Positions 19,465 to 28,385 of a stretch of 64,000 bases of DNA are shown here, in pieces. Position numbers and translations under genes: made by a program. Source of the stretch: a virus (Duplodnaviria; Caudoviricetes); the IMG/VR virus record IMGVR_UViG_2832349384_000006, positions 14,238-78,237 of that record, one strand, 5' to 3'. The notes beneath the pieces are model-generated. The model did not search any database. It had not been told where the DNA came from and was given only the letters and a program-made list of their open reading frames with translations. The number at the start of each line of letters is the position of its first letter. The stretch's first letter is position 1.

Positions 19465-19854
19465 TTATCTTACCTTCAAAAAGTTGCGGAGTTTCTCTGA
19501 ACATTTGACCAGTGCCGCGCAAGATTTCGCATCACGATTGGACCTGGCAACGCTAAAAGCATCGTCAAAATTCTTGATCAGGGTGGTGAACTTTTTCGCC
19601 TGTCTCGGTGTTAGCCGTCGCTTTGTTTTGGTCACCCGCTCATCCCAAAACATGGGAGAAAAAACATAGTGGCCATCACTGCGCCAATAGACTTCCATCT
19701 GCTCCAGGTACTCAACAATTGGCTCTGCCAACTCGTTAAACTCTTTTCGCTTTGTATTTTCTGAGTCGACTTTACGGTTAATGAAATATGTAGCAACTAT
19801 CGCTGTTACCGATGTAATCAGGGATAGAGAGGATACAAGCAAACTAACATCCAT
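19465..19854 (-). CDS. Antisense moron: 129-aa protein with an N-terminal TM helix, function unknown
   Basis: AT-rich; opposite strand to the tail operon; hydrophobic residues 4-25. Confidence 0.7.
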   Translation of the reverse strand: MDVSLLVSSLSLITSVTAIVATYFINRKVDSENTKRKEFNELAEPIVEYLEQMEVYWRSDGHYVFSPMFWDERVTKTKRRLTPRQAKKFTTLIKNFDDAFSVARSNRDAKSCAALVKCSEKLRNFLKVR

Positions 19855-20113
19855 GTGAGGCCCTTATGCACGTATTAGATTTCCTTGTTTCTCATGGCGA
19901 GCTTATAAAGGAATGTATTTTTTACTGGGGATGCTTCTCGCTACCCATCTTTGCAATTTTTCTGACATTGAAAGTGTCTGGCTACTTCCGGTTTTTCCGG
20001 TGAAGAAATGCTTTCTTTGCTGAAATTATAAGCAAAAGTATCGCAAAGCAAACCCTGACATTTCCACAGTATTAACCTGGCTCGCTCACGCGGGCTTTTT
20101 TTATGGGTGAAAA

Positions 20114-23100
20114 ATGAGACTACTTGAAGGGCAAACGGTCATCAGTGGCCGCAAAGGTGGCGGTGAAAGCCCACATACTCCGGTAGAGCAGCCTGACGAT
20201 CTGCTGTCGGTCGCCAAACTGAAAATGGTGATTGCGTTATCGGAAGGAGAAATCCAGGGCGATCTCACGGCGCAGCAAATTTTCCTGAACAACACCCCGC
20301 TGGCGGATGATGCCGGCAATTACAACTTTTCAAACGTGAAATGGGAGTATCGCAAAGGGACGCAGGACCAGACCTATATCCAGGGCATGCCGGAGATCGA
20401 CAACGAGATTTCGGCGAATATTGTAGTTAAAGTTGCTTCGCCGTGGGTGCGGCAGTTCTCCAATCTGACGATCGATGCGGTGCGCATCAAGCTCAGTCTG
20501 CCTATCCAGTACCAGTACAAAGACAACGGCGACATGGTCGGGACGGTCACGCAATATGCTATCGATCTCTCAACAGACGGTAGCGCCTACCAAACCGTCG
20601 TTGATGGGAAATTTGATGGCAAGACCACCTCAGACTATCAGCGCGATCACCGCATCGACCTACCGCGGGCAACGTCTGGTTGGTCTATCCGGGTGCGCCG
20701 CATTACGCCTGATTCGACGTCCAGCAAACTGATCAATGCCTTCAAAGTGTTCTCTTTTGCTGAAGTGATCGACAGCAAGATGCGTTACCCCAATACGGCG
20801 CTGCTGTATATCGAGCTCGATTCCAGCCAGTTTAACGGCAGCGTGCCGAAAACGACCTGCAAGCCCAAAGGCAAATTGATCCGCGTGCCGGACAACTACA
20901 ACCCGGTCACGAGAACCTATAGCGGGACGTGGACCGGTAATTTTAAGCTGGCATACAGCAATAACCCGGCCTGGATTTTTTACGATCTGGTGCTGGATGA
21001 AATTTACGGCATGGGCGGCCGTGTGGACGCCAGCATGATCGATAAATGGCAGCTATACAGCATCGCCGCATACTGCGATGAAATGGTGTCTAACGGCGCC
21101 GGCGGGAAAGAGCCGCGCTTTACCTGCAACGTGTTCATTCAGAACCAGCAGGACGCCTATACGGTACTCCGCGACCTGGCCGCCGTGTTTCGCGGTATCA
21201 CCTTCTGGGGTAACGATCAGATCTACGTGAACGCGGACGTGCCGCAAAGCGACGTCGATTATGTGTATCACGTTTCAAACGTGGTTGACGGCGTATTCAC
21301 CTATGCCGGTGGTTCGTATAAAAACCGGTTCAGTTCATGCCAGGTATCTTGGTCAGATCCGCTTAACCACTACTCGGACACCATCGAAGGTGTCTATGAT
21401 TCCGAGCTGGTCAACCGCTACCGCGTGAATCAGATGCAGCTGACGGCGATCGGCTGCACATCGCAGAGCGAAGCGCACCGCCGGGGCCGGTGGGCTATTT
21501 TGTCCAATGCCAAAGACGGATCGATTTCCTTCAACGTGGGGCTGGATGGTTACATCCCGCTGCCGGCGGAAATCATCGGTGTGGCCGATCCTTTCCGTGC
21601 GGGCCGGGAGAATGGCGGCCGTATCAGCCAGGTCGGCGGCCGGAATATTACCGTTGACCGTCCGGCAAACTATGCTGTTGGCGACCGCCTGGTGGTGAAC
21701 CTGCCAGATGGCACCGCGCAGAGCCGCACAATCAGCGCTATTAGCGCCGACAAAAAGACGCTGACAGTCTCAACGGCTTATCGGCAAACACCTGTGCCGG
21801 GGGCAGTGTGGTGTATCGACAGTGACAAGCTGGCGATCCAGTATTTTCGCGTCACGTCTATTTCAGCAAACGATGATGGCACATTCACGATCGCCGGGGT
21901 GCAGCATGACCCCAACAAGTACCGCTATATCGATGACGGCGTGCGTATAGACCCGCCGCCGATCTCGGTCACGCCGCCAAACGTCATGCCGGCGCCGAAG
22001 GGCATCGTTATCACCGAGGTTGACCATCAGGCGCAGGGACTGACGGTAGCATCCATGCAGGTGACCTGGGAGCGCGTGGAGGGCGCCATCGACTATCTGG
22101 CGCAGTGGCGCAAAGATAAGGGGGACTGGGTAAACATCGGGCGCACCAGCGCGCAGGGGTTTACCGTTCAGGGGATCTACGCCGGGGTGTACGATGTCCG
22201 CGTGCGCGCCGTGAATGCGGTCGACGTGTCATCGCCCTGGGGTTATGCCGACTCGACCACGCTCAGCGGTAAAGTGGGTAAACCCGGCACGCCGGTGAAC
22301 CTCATGGCCAGTGATAATGTCGTATGGGCCATCGATATCACCTGGGGCTTTCCCTCCGGCGCCGGCGATACAGCCTACACCGAGATCGAGCAGGCAACTA
22401 CCGCCGACGGCCAGAACCCTCTGTTGCTGGCAAACGTTCCCTATCCTGGGGTGAGCTATCAGCACGGCCCTATGCCGGCGGGTGTGCGCCGTTGGTACCG
22501 CGCGCGGCTGGTTGACCGGATCGGGAATAAGGGGGATTGGACGCCGTTTGTTGCGGGTATGTCGAATGTAGATGCCGACGACCTGATCGGCTCGGTGGTT
22601 GATGACTACCTCAATTCCGAGGACGGAAAGGCACTGCTGGAGCCGCTGAAAACCAGCCCAGAGGCTATTCTGCAAAGCGTGCTGGCGGAATACGGCACCG
22701 CTAACCAACAATGGGCCAACTATGGCGAAAATCGGGCAGGGATAATCCAGGCACAGAAGGTGGCCGCTGATGCTCAAAGCTCAGTTGCGCAGCTGGAAAC
22801 CGACGTCACCGCCAAATTCAACGATCAGGAAGCCGCCATACAGGAGAAAATGACGGCCTACGCAGACGCTTCCGGCCCTTCGGCGATCTGGACGTTGAAA
22901 ACCGGCGTTAAGTACAACGGAACGAATTACGACGCCGGCCTGGCGGTGGCCGTGACCGTCAACGGCACGCAGGTTGACACGCGCGTTGCCGTCAATGCTA
23001 ACCAGTTCGTGGTTATCAGCGGTAGCAGCGGAAGCTATTACTCGCCGTTCATTATCAAGGATGGACAGGTGCTTATTAGTCAGGGCTTTATCGGCAAGGG

Positions 23101-23299
23101 TTGGATAGAAAACGCGATGATTGGCGATTATATCCAGTCGAATGATTATGTTGCTGGAAGGCAAGGATGGAGGCTTGATAAGAGTGGCGTCTTTGAAAAT
23201 AACGGGACGGGTAGCGGCGGAAGAATGATCCAAAGAAATAATTCAATCAGGCTATATGATGGCAATGGAGTGCTGCGTGTAGCTATAGGCGAATATTAA
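20114..23299 (+). CDS. Central tail tip/host specificity protein J-like
   Basis: GRKGGG...VEQPD start, YSNNPAW motif, FN3-like repeats; 1061 aa. Confidence 0.93.
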   Translation: MRLLEGQTVISGRKGGGESPHTPVEQPDDLLSVAKLKMVIALSEGEIQGDLTAQQIFLNNTPLADDAGNYNFSNVKWEYRKGTQDQTYIQGMPEIDNEISANIVVKVASPWVRQFSNLTIDAVRIKLSLPIQYQYKDNGDMVGTVTQYAIDLSTDGSAYQTVVDGKFDGKTTSDYQRDHRIDLPRATSGWSIRVRRITPDSTSSKLINAFKVFSFAEVIDSKMRYPNTALLYIELDSSQFNGSVPKTTCKPKGKLIRVPDNYNPVTRTYSGTWTGNFKLAYSNNPAWIFYDLVLDEIYGMGGRVDASMIDKWQLYSIAAYCDEMVSNGAGGKEPRFTCNVFIQNQQDAYTVLRDLAAVFRGITFWGNDQIYVNADVPQSDVDYVYHVSNVVDGVFTYAGGSYKNRFSSCQVSWSDPLNHYSDTIEGVYDSELVNRYRVNQMQLTAIGCTSQSEAHRRGRWAILSNAKDGSISFNVGLDGYIPLPAEIIGVADPFRAGRENGGRISQVGGRNITVDRPANYAVGDRLVVNLPDGTAQSRTISAISADKKTLTVSTAYRQTPVPGAVWCIDSDKLAIQYFRVTSISANDDGTFTIAGVQHDPNKYRYIDDGVRIDPPPISVTPPNVMPAPKGIVITEVDHQAQGLTVASMQVTWERVEGAIDYLAQWRKDKGDWVNIGRTSAQGFTVQGIYAGVYDVRVRAVNAVDVSSPWGYADSTTLSGKVGKPGTPVNLMASDNVVWAIDITWGFPSGAGDTAYTEIEQATTADGQNPLLLANVPYPGVSYQHGPMPAGVRRWYRARLVDRIGNKGDWTPFVAGMSNVDADDLIGSVVDDYLNSEDGKALLEPLKTSPEAILQSVLAEYGTANQQWANYGENRAGIIQAQKVAADAQSSVAQLETDVTAKFNDQEAAIQEKMTAYADASGPSAIWTLKTGVKYNGTNYDAGLAVAVTVNGTQVDTRVAVNANQFVVISGSSGSYYSPFIIKDGQVLISQGFIGKGWIENAMIGDYIQSNDYVAGRQGWRLDKSGVFENNGTGSGGRMIQRNNSIRLYDGNGVLRVAIGEY

Positions 23300-23308
23300 G
23301 GAGAACAT

Positions 23309-23620
23309 GTGGCGTGGGGTTTTCAAACGTGGGATATGAACGGCACTCCGAATAATACAGGCATTGTTAAGGTTTTCACAATTGGGACAATTAGAGTTGA
23401 GCAAAATCAAAAATCTGGTAGCTGGAATTTCAATGTCCCAAGTGGGTATAGAATAGACTTTATGAGCCTTCAAGATGGGATAGGTTTTACTCAAGAAAGG
23501 AGAGGGCTAAGAGTTGTTAGCAATAACACCATAGAAATGTTTGATGCAAATGGTGTCTGGGGCGGTGGTACTGCCCCTGCATACTCTGGTTGGGTTATTA
23601 TTTATCTTGTGAAGGTGTGA
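23309..23620 (+). CDS. Small tail-tip accessory protein (phi80/N15-type, after J)
   Basis: MAWGFQTWDMNG start; synteny between J and cor. Confidence 0.6.
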   Translation: MAWGFQTWDMNGTPNNTGIVKVFTIGTIRVEQNQKSGSWNFNVPSGYRIDFMSLQDGIGFTQERRGLRVVSNNTIEMFDANGVWGGGTAPAYSGWVIIYLVKV

Positions 23621-23622
23621 TT

Positions 23623-24282
23623 ATGTCATGGGGAGCGTTATTTGTAGATAACGATGGGGTACCGTGGGCTACGCTAGATAGCACGCCGATGAGCTTGGTT
23701 AAAAAATATCGTATAGATCGCGCTGGAGCAGGAAATGATCAGCTCGATGTTGATTTTACTAAGCCAGTTGTTTTGGCAATGGTGGCAAATACAAACGGAG
23801 TTATCGCCTCTGTATCCAGATCTGCGAGTGGTGGTGCATCTGTCACATCTAAGTTAATAATTGGCAATGGTCCATATGCTATAGATGTTTACGCTTTCTC
23901 GACACAATTTCAACCAGCGGTAAAATTTGGAATTAACATATTTGATGCGCAGGGCAGATGCATTCAAACTAATGAAACTAAAGTTATGCCTGCGCCGCGG
24001 CGGCTTGGCGAGCCTGGGAGCGATGGAGCCGGTTACAATGTGAGAGAAACCTTGGCGGGCAGATGGGCGATAATACCAGCCACTACAGGTTACATTACGG
24101 CTGTTATTGGTCATCAACAACCAAGGCCGTTCCAGCAACCAATATCGAGCTTTTCAGCTTTTGATGGGAGCAATACATCAGTGTATTCCGGCGCATGGGA
24201 CACTCCCGGCGGTGAAGCGCACAATATAACTTATTACAACACAAAGGATTCAGTGTACGTAATAGATGTATCTGGCTTTTGA
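23623..24282 (+). CDS. Tail-tip accessory protein (phi80/N15-type)
   Basis: MSWGALF start; internal FGINIFDAQG repeat; synteny. Confidence 0.6.
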   Translation: MSWGALFVDNDGVPWATLDSTPMSLVKKYRIDRAGAGNDQLDVDFTKPVVLAMVANTNGVIASVSRSASGGASVTSKLIIGNGPYAIDVYAFSTQFQPAVKFGINIFDAQGRCIQTNETKVMPAPRRLGEPGSDGAGYNVRETLAGRWAIIPATTGYITAVIGHQQPRPFQQPISSFSAFDGSNTSVYSGAWDTPGGEAHNITYYNTKDSVYVIDVSGF

Positions 24283-24400
24283 TTGCCGATATGATCGACA
24301 ATGCCAATTGATTTTGATTATATTGATCGTTGCAAACGATCGTTAGTCAAGGCTATCGATGATAGGATATGGATATCACAGCAAGGGAGATAATAAAGGG

Positions 24401-24637
24401 ATGAAAAGGTTAGCTGTTTTATTATTGGTTTCAGCATCTATCACTGGCTGCGCAGGCATTTTGGAAAAGCAAGAACCTATTTGCTATGGGACGGCCATTA
24501 TCGCTGGGCAGGAGACATCAGTTCCTATCTATGGCGTTCGCAAGCAGGTTGAACAGACACAATATAGAGCTGGTGGACCGTTCGGTTGGCGTTGGGTTAA
24601 TAAAACCAACTTCACTCGCACGACCTGCGATAAATAA
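24401..24637 (+). CDS. cor: Cor superinfection-exclusion lipoprotein
   Basis: Lipobox ITGC; GILEKQEPICYGTAIIAGQETSVPIYGVRKQ...TQYRAGGPFGWRWV closely matches phi80/N15 Cor as recalled. Confidence 0.93.
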   Translation: MKRLAVLLLVSASITGCAGILEKQEPICYGTAIIAGQETSVPIYGVRKQVEQTQYRAGGPFGWRWVNKTNFTRTTCDK

Positions 24638-24658
24638 AAGTCACTCAACACCAAGCAA

Positions 24659-24684
24659 CCCGGCCACTGCGCCGGGTTTTTTGT
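24659..24684 (+). terminator. Terminator after cor
   Basis: ACCCGGC...GCCGGGT stem plus T run. Confidence 0.7.
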
Positions 24685-24706
24685 TGCAAAAATTCAGGAG
24701 AACACC

Positions 24707-25621
24707 ATGCCAGCAGGCACGATAACCCTTAAAAACAACTCGGCGGCGGTCACCGGCAGCGGTACAGCGTTCAGCACAGAACTCAAGGCCAACGACTTCA
24801 TTGTGGTGACAGTTGGCCAGACCGTTTACACGCTAGGTGTTAAATCGGTGGAATCGAACACGGCGCTTACTCTGGTGCGTAATTTCGATGGACCATCTGC
24901 CGGCGGTCTGGCATGGACGCCGATCCCCTATGGGGCGATGGTTAAGATTACAGCGCAGACGCACGCCTATACCGCAGAGGCGTTGCGTGGGCTGCTGCTG
25001 GATAAGAAGAACTGGCAACAGGTATTCAGCGGCACCGGTGATGTAACGATAGCACTTCCCGACAACAGCACATACACAGGCCCGGCCTGGAATGCGCTGA
25101 GTGAGCGCTTGACTAACGTAAACGATAAGCTGGCTGGTAAGGCTGATTTGATTGATGTGCCTTTCGGCGCAATCAGTATTTGGCCTCTGGCTACACCCCC
25201 GAGCGGCTTTGCGATTTGCGATGGGCGTAGTTTTGACAAGAATGCGCAGCCGAGGTTGGCGAAGCTTTTCCCCACGGGGAAGCTGCCTGACTTTCGAGGT
25301 GTATTTCCGCGAGGATTTGATGCTGATAGAGGCCTGAATAAAGGTCAGGGGCTGCTGCAATATGCGGCGGACAGGCTCAAGCGCCATAAACACATGCCAA
25401 GTGCCGCATTCATTCGTGAGATGGGGGCAGGTGCTAGTTTTACAGGAGAAAAACAAGTCTTCCCTATTATCGGCAAAAGCTTCGCCAGTGCCAGTTACTA
25501 CAACTGGGGGAGTAATTTTGATGGGAGCTGGCCCTATATGCATTCAACGTTCAATAACGAACCTGCCGATGAGACAGCTCCTAAAAGCATTGCAGTTAAC
25601 TTCATAATCCGATTTGCGTGA
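24707..25621 (+). CDS. Side tail fibre 1 with tail collar domain
   Basis: MPAGTITL...VTGSGTAF N-terminus; VPFGAISIWP...GFAICDG...LPDFRGVFPRG collar; P..IAVNFII end. Confidence 0.85.
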   Translation: MPAGTITLKNNSAAVTGSGTAFSTELKANDFIVVTVGQTVYTLGVKSVESNTALTLVRNFDGPSAGGLAWTPIPYGAMVKITAQTHAYTAEALRGLLLDKKNWQQVFSGTGDVTIALPDNSTYTGPAWNALSERLTNVNDKLAGKADLIDVPFGAISIWPLATPPSGFAICDGRSFDKNAQPRLAKLFPTGKLPDFRGVFPRGFDADRGLNKGQGLLQYAADRLKRHKHMPSAAFIREMGAGASFTGEKQVFPIIGKSFASASYYNWGSNFDGSWPYMHSTFNNEPADETAPKSIAVNFIIRFA

Positions 25622-25628
25622 GGCACGA

Positions 25629-26213
25629 ATGATAGCGTTTGATGAGAACGGTTTTTCCCAGGGAGAAGGCTCAGTGGTGGCTTATGCCTGCTATGAGGAC
25701 ACGCATGAACTGATTGGCCCCATCACGGTCAGCGTACAGCCCGGATTTGGGCTTCCAGCCAACGCCTACCTGGATGTACCGCCACCCACCAAAAAAGGAA
25801 TGGCGATAGTGAGGGCTAAAAATTCGTGGGTTTACGTCAACGATTATAGAGGTCAGCACGCTTATGCGAAAAAAGACGGCGCAAAGGTACTAGTTGAGAG
25901 TTTGGGGGAGTTGGATGAAGGCTACACGCTGATTGCGCCGGCAACGCCATTCGATGAATGGGACGGCCAGGGTTGGTTGGAGAACAGAGAAAAAGCCCAG
26001 GCGCAAGCGCAGGCTGATGCGGAAGAAACAAAATCGACATTGGCAGCAAGCGCGGAAAGAGAAATCGCTGTGCTAACACGCGCTTTACGCCTCGGTATGG
26101 CAACCCAACAGGAAAAAACGATGCTGGATAAGTGGGAGCGTTACAGCGTTTATCTAAGTCGAGTAGAAGTATCAAACGCGCCTGATATTGATTGGCCCTC
26201 AATCCCTGCTTAG
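25629..26213 (+). CDS. Tail fibre assembly chaperone (Tfa-like)
   Basis: PATPFDEWDG and LDKWERYSVYLSRV...DIDWP motifs. Confidence 0.88.
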   Translation: MIAFDENGFSQGEGSVVAYACYEDTHELIGPITVSVQPGFGLPANAYLDVPPPTKKGMAIVRAKNSWVYVNDYRGQHAYAKKDGAKVLVESLGELDEGYTLIAPATPFDEWDGQGWLENREKAQAQAQADAEETKSTLAASAEREIAVLTRALRLGMATQQEKTMLDKWERYSVYLSRVEVSNAPDIDWPSIPA

Positions 26214-26236
26214 TTACTTTAATGGAGAAATAAAAG

Positions 26237-27544
26237 ATGGCATTAATTAGCGATATCCTGCGCGGTCCTTATGGCGACCCACAATCAAACGTGATTATTA
26301 CTATGCGTGCAAAGGAGACGAGCGCACGCGTTTTGGTGAGCAATTCATCGGCAGCCATTACCGCAGCCGATGGCAAGTATTCAATGCAAGTTTTCCCCGG
26401 TGAATATGAAGTATTGGTATCCACCCTGGGAAAAGTTGGCGAAATTCGCGTATATCCCGACTCGAAAGATGGAACTCTTAACGATTTTCTTATTACACCT
26501 GGCGAAGAGGAAATTACGCCTGAAATTGTCCAGACAGTAGAAACATTGAGAGCAGAGGCAGCAGCGTCAGCGGGTAAGTCTGCTGCATCGGCGGCGGCAG
26601 CAAAAATCAGTGAGAACAATGCGGCGGCAACGCTGGCTAGTGCGGTAAAGGAGTCATCCCGCGCTATAGTAGTTCCTGCAATTGTGAACACTATCGGTAG
26701 TGCGCAGGGGTATTTAAAATTAGCCACGCTCGCGGCGACAAACACCGGTATATCAGGCGTGCATTTTCTGATAGCTGCCGGCCGAACATATGGCAATCCG
26801 GGGATGGATATCAAACTCGTCCAGTTCTCAGCACGGAATGCGACAGCATCATCACTCGACAGCCGAGGTTTGCAGGTCGCAAGCATTGGCCCCAGCGGTT
26901 CGGATGTCAGATTCGGGGCTATATTCAATGCCGACATCTCTCGCTGGGAGCTCTGGATGGTTTCACCACCGTACAGCATGCCGTCAGTTACCATCCTGGC
27001 GAGTAGCTCAGCAACACCGATGTTTGGCATTGATGTTGTTAAAGACGCTTCATGGAAAACAACGGGGCCTGCAGGGCTATCCGTAGTTAAAGAAAGCCGT
27101 GTATTCACTGATTACAACGTTACCGTAGATGGTAACGGATTCCTGAAGGCAGCCTCGCCTGTAGTGAAGCTCTTCCGTGATGGCACCTGTGAACTCAACG
27201 ACGAAAGCCAGGGAGTGACCACTGAGCGCGTAAGCGAGGGGATTTATCGGATTTCCGGCACGCTCGGGTTTAATGCTGATGCTCAATGGGGCGGCCCGGA
27301 TGGTGGCATAGAGGTCCCTCTCGACCGCAACAAACAGCCGCTGATCTGGGTGGATTACGAGGTAGAGCCAACCGGTGACCTGCTGATCAAAACCTACCAC
27401 CGCACACATCCGGCGGCGCCGGCGTTCGCCCGCAATGACGTTCTGGGCTATGACGAGGGGATGCCGATCGATATCCCTGAGGGGCGTTGGGTAGATCTGC
27501 GTGTTGAGATGCCGGCGGTCGATGAACTAGGAACGGAAGAATAG
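26237..27544 (+). CDS. Side tail fibre 2 (Stf-like N-terminus)
   Basis: RBS GGAG; ISDILRGPYGDP...GKYS...GTLNDFL N-terminus, Ala/Ser linker, C-terminal ASPVVKLF...DIPEGRWVDLRV. Confidence 0.8.
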   Translation: MALISDILRGPYGDPQSNVIITMRAKETSARVLVSNSSAAITAADGKYSMQVFPGEYEVLVSTLGKVGEIRVYPDSKDGTLNDFLITPGEEEITPEIVQTVETLRAEAAASAGKSAASAAAAKISENNAAATLASAVKESSRAIVVPAIVNTIGSAQGYLKLATLAATNTGISGVHFLIAAGRTYGNPGMDIKLVQFSARNATASSLDSRGLQVASIGPSGSDVRFGAIFNADISRWELWMVSPPYSMPSVTILASSSATPMFGIDVVKDASWKTTGPAGLSVVKESRVFTDYNVTVDGNGFLKAASPVVKLFRDGTCELNDESQGVTTERVSEGIYRISGTLGFNADAQWGGPDGGIEVPLDRNKQPLIWVDYEVEPTGDLLIKTYHRTHPAAPAFARNDVLGYDEGMPIDIPEGRWVDLRVEMPAVDELGTEE

Positions 27545-27669
27545 GCCAGAGCATAAAGCAGGAAATCACGCCGGGGACAATCCGGCGTATACTTTCTTCC
27601 TTTATCGATCAGCGATCTACCATATCCGCAGTGAATCGCTCTTCACATCGGTTTTTTCTTGCGCTTATA

Positions 27670-27685
27670 CTGTATGTATATACAG
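27670..27685 (+). promoter_or_regulatory. LexA (SOS) box upstream of the umuD'-like gene
   Basis: CTGTATGTATATACAG fits CTG-N10-CAG and overlaps a TATACT -10. Confidence 0.9.
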
Positions 27686-27708
27686 TGTTTGTTGCGAGGT
27701 AAAACACC

Positions 27709-28104
27709 ATGGGAATGCCAAAATTTGCTAGCCCGGCAGCAGACTACGTTGAGCGCCGCTTGAGCCTTGACGAGATCTGCATTTCAAAGCCGAGCGCTAC
27801 TTATCTGCTTCGCGCCGCTGGCCAGGCTATGGCGGTCGGTATCCACGCTGACGCGTTGCTTGTTGTCGATTCGTCGGCGACGCCGGTACACGGCAGCATT
27901 ATCGTAGTTGCGGAGGAAGGCGCGCATGTGTTGCGCCGGCTTCGTCTTTACCCGTATCGCGCGCTTGAGTTTCTGGACGGCTCGGGTCTGGAAACTGAAC
28001 TCGGTAACGAAGACTCGGAAGAAGGGATCGAGGTGTTCGGCGTGGTGATGTACTGCGTCAATGATATGCGGTCGTGCGAGTGGGATGATCTGCCGGTTAT
28101 TTGA
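27709..28104 (+). CDS. UmuD'-like (HumD-like) S24-fold protein, apparently non-catalytic
   Basis: FASPAADYVE and LLVVDSS motifs; GQAM where UmuD has GDSM; LRRL where UmuD has VKKL. Confidence 0.85.
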   Translation: MGMPKFASPAADYVERRLSLDEICISKPSATYLLRAAGQAMAVGIHADALLVVDSSATPVHGSIIVVAEEGAHVLRRLRLYPYRALEFLDGSGLETELGNEDSEEGIEVFGVVMYCVNDMRSCEWDDLPVI

Positions 28105-28324
28105 TGACCGGTCATGCTTTCTGGTCTTATGATGATTTGGGAGAGGTGTGCAGGATTTTGCGATATAAAATCGCTCGAACTTTTCCCGAATCGAATCGAG
28201 ATTCTTGATAACTATTTGAATGCAAAAGACGGTTAACGAAGGTATTTTTGATGGCTTTATAATCCATGCCTGAGTTATCTATATGAAAAAATTGAATTTA
28301 TTTGTTTTGGTTCGATTAAAGGAA

Positions 28325-28343
28325 TCGTATTCGGTCTTTTTTT
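28325..28343 (+). repeat. att core copy 1 (TCGTATTCGGTCTTTTTTT)
   Basis: Exact 19-bp direct repeat with 63435-63453. Confidence 0.9.
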
Positions 28344-28356
28344 GTTTGCTTTTTTA

Positions 28357-28369
28357 AATCAATGAGTTA
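28357..28369 (+). promoter_or_regulatory. IHF site next to att
   Basis: AATCAATGAGTTA matches WATCAANNNNTTR. Confidence 0.6.
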
Positions 28370-28385
28370 CAGGAAAAACAATCAC

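Larger units (their letters stand above)
1..28343 (+). mobile_element. Lambdoid (siphovirus) prophage, right part: nin region to tail end; left part lies outside the window
   Basis: Continuous + strand order Q-lysis-terminase-head-tail(G/T,H,M,L,K,I,J)-cor-fibres-umuD'-like, ending at the att core copy at 28325-28343. Confidence 0.95.

Noticed and set aside
24707-27544. Invertible tail-fibre cassette (Gin/Cin/Pin type)
   Set aside because: No invertase gene, no inverted fibre segment and no hix/gix-like inverted repeats seen
28105-28324. tRNA/tmRNA at the attachment site
   Set aside because: No cloverleaf, T-loop (GTTCGA) in context or CCA end; the region is AT-rich att-arm-like DNA
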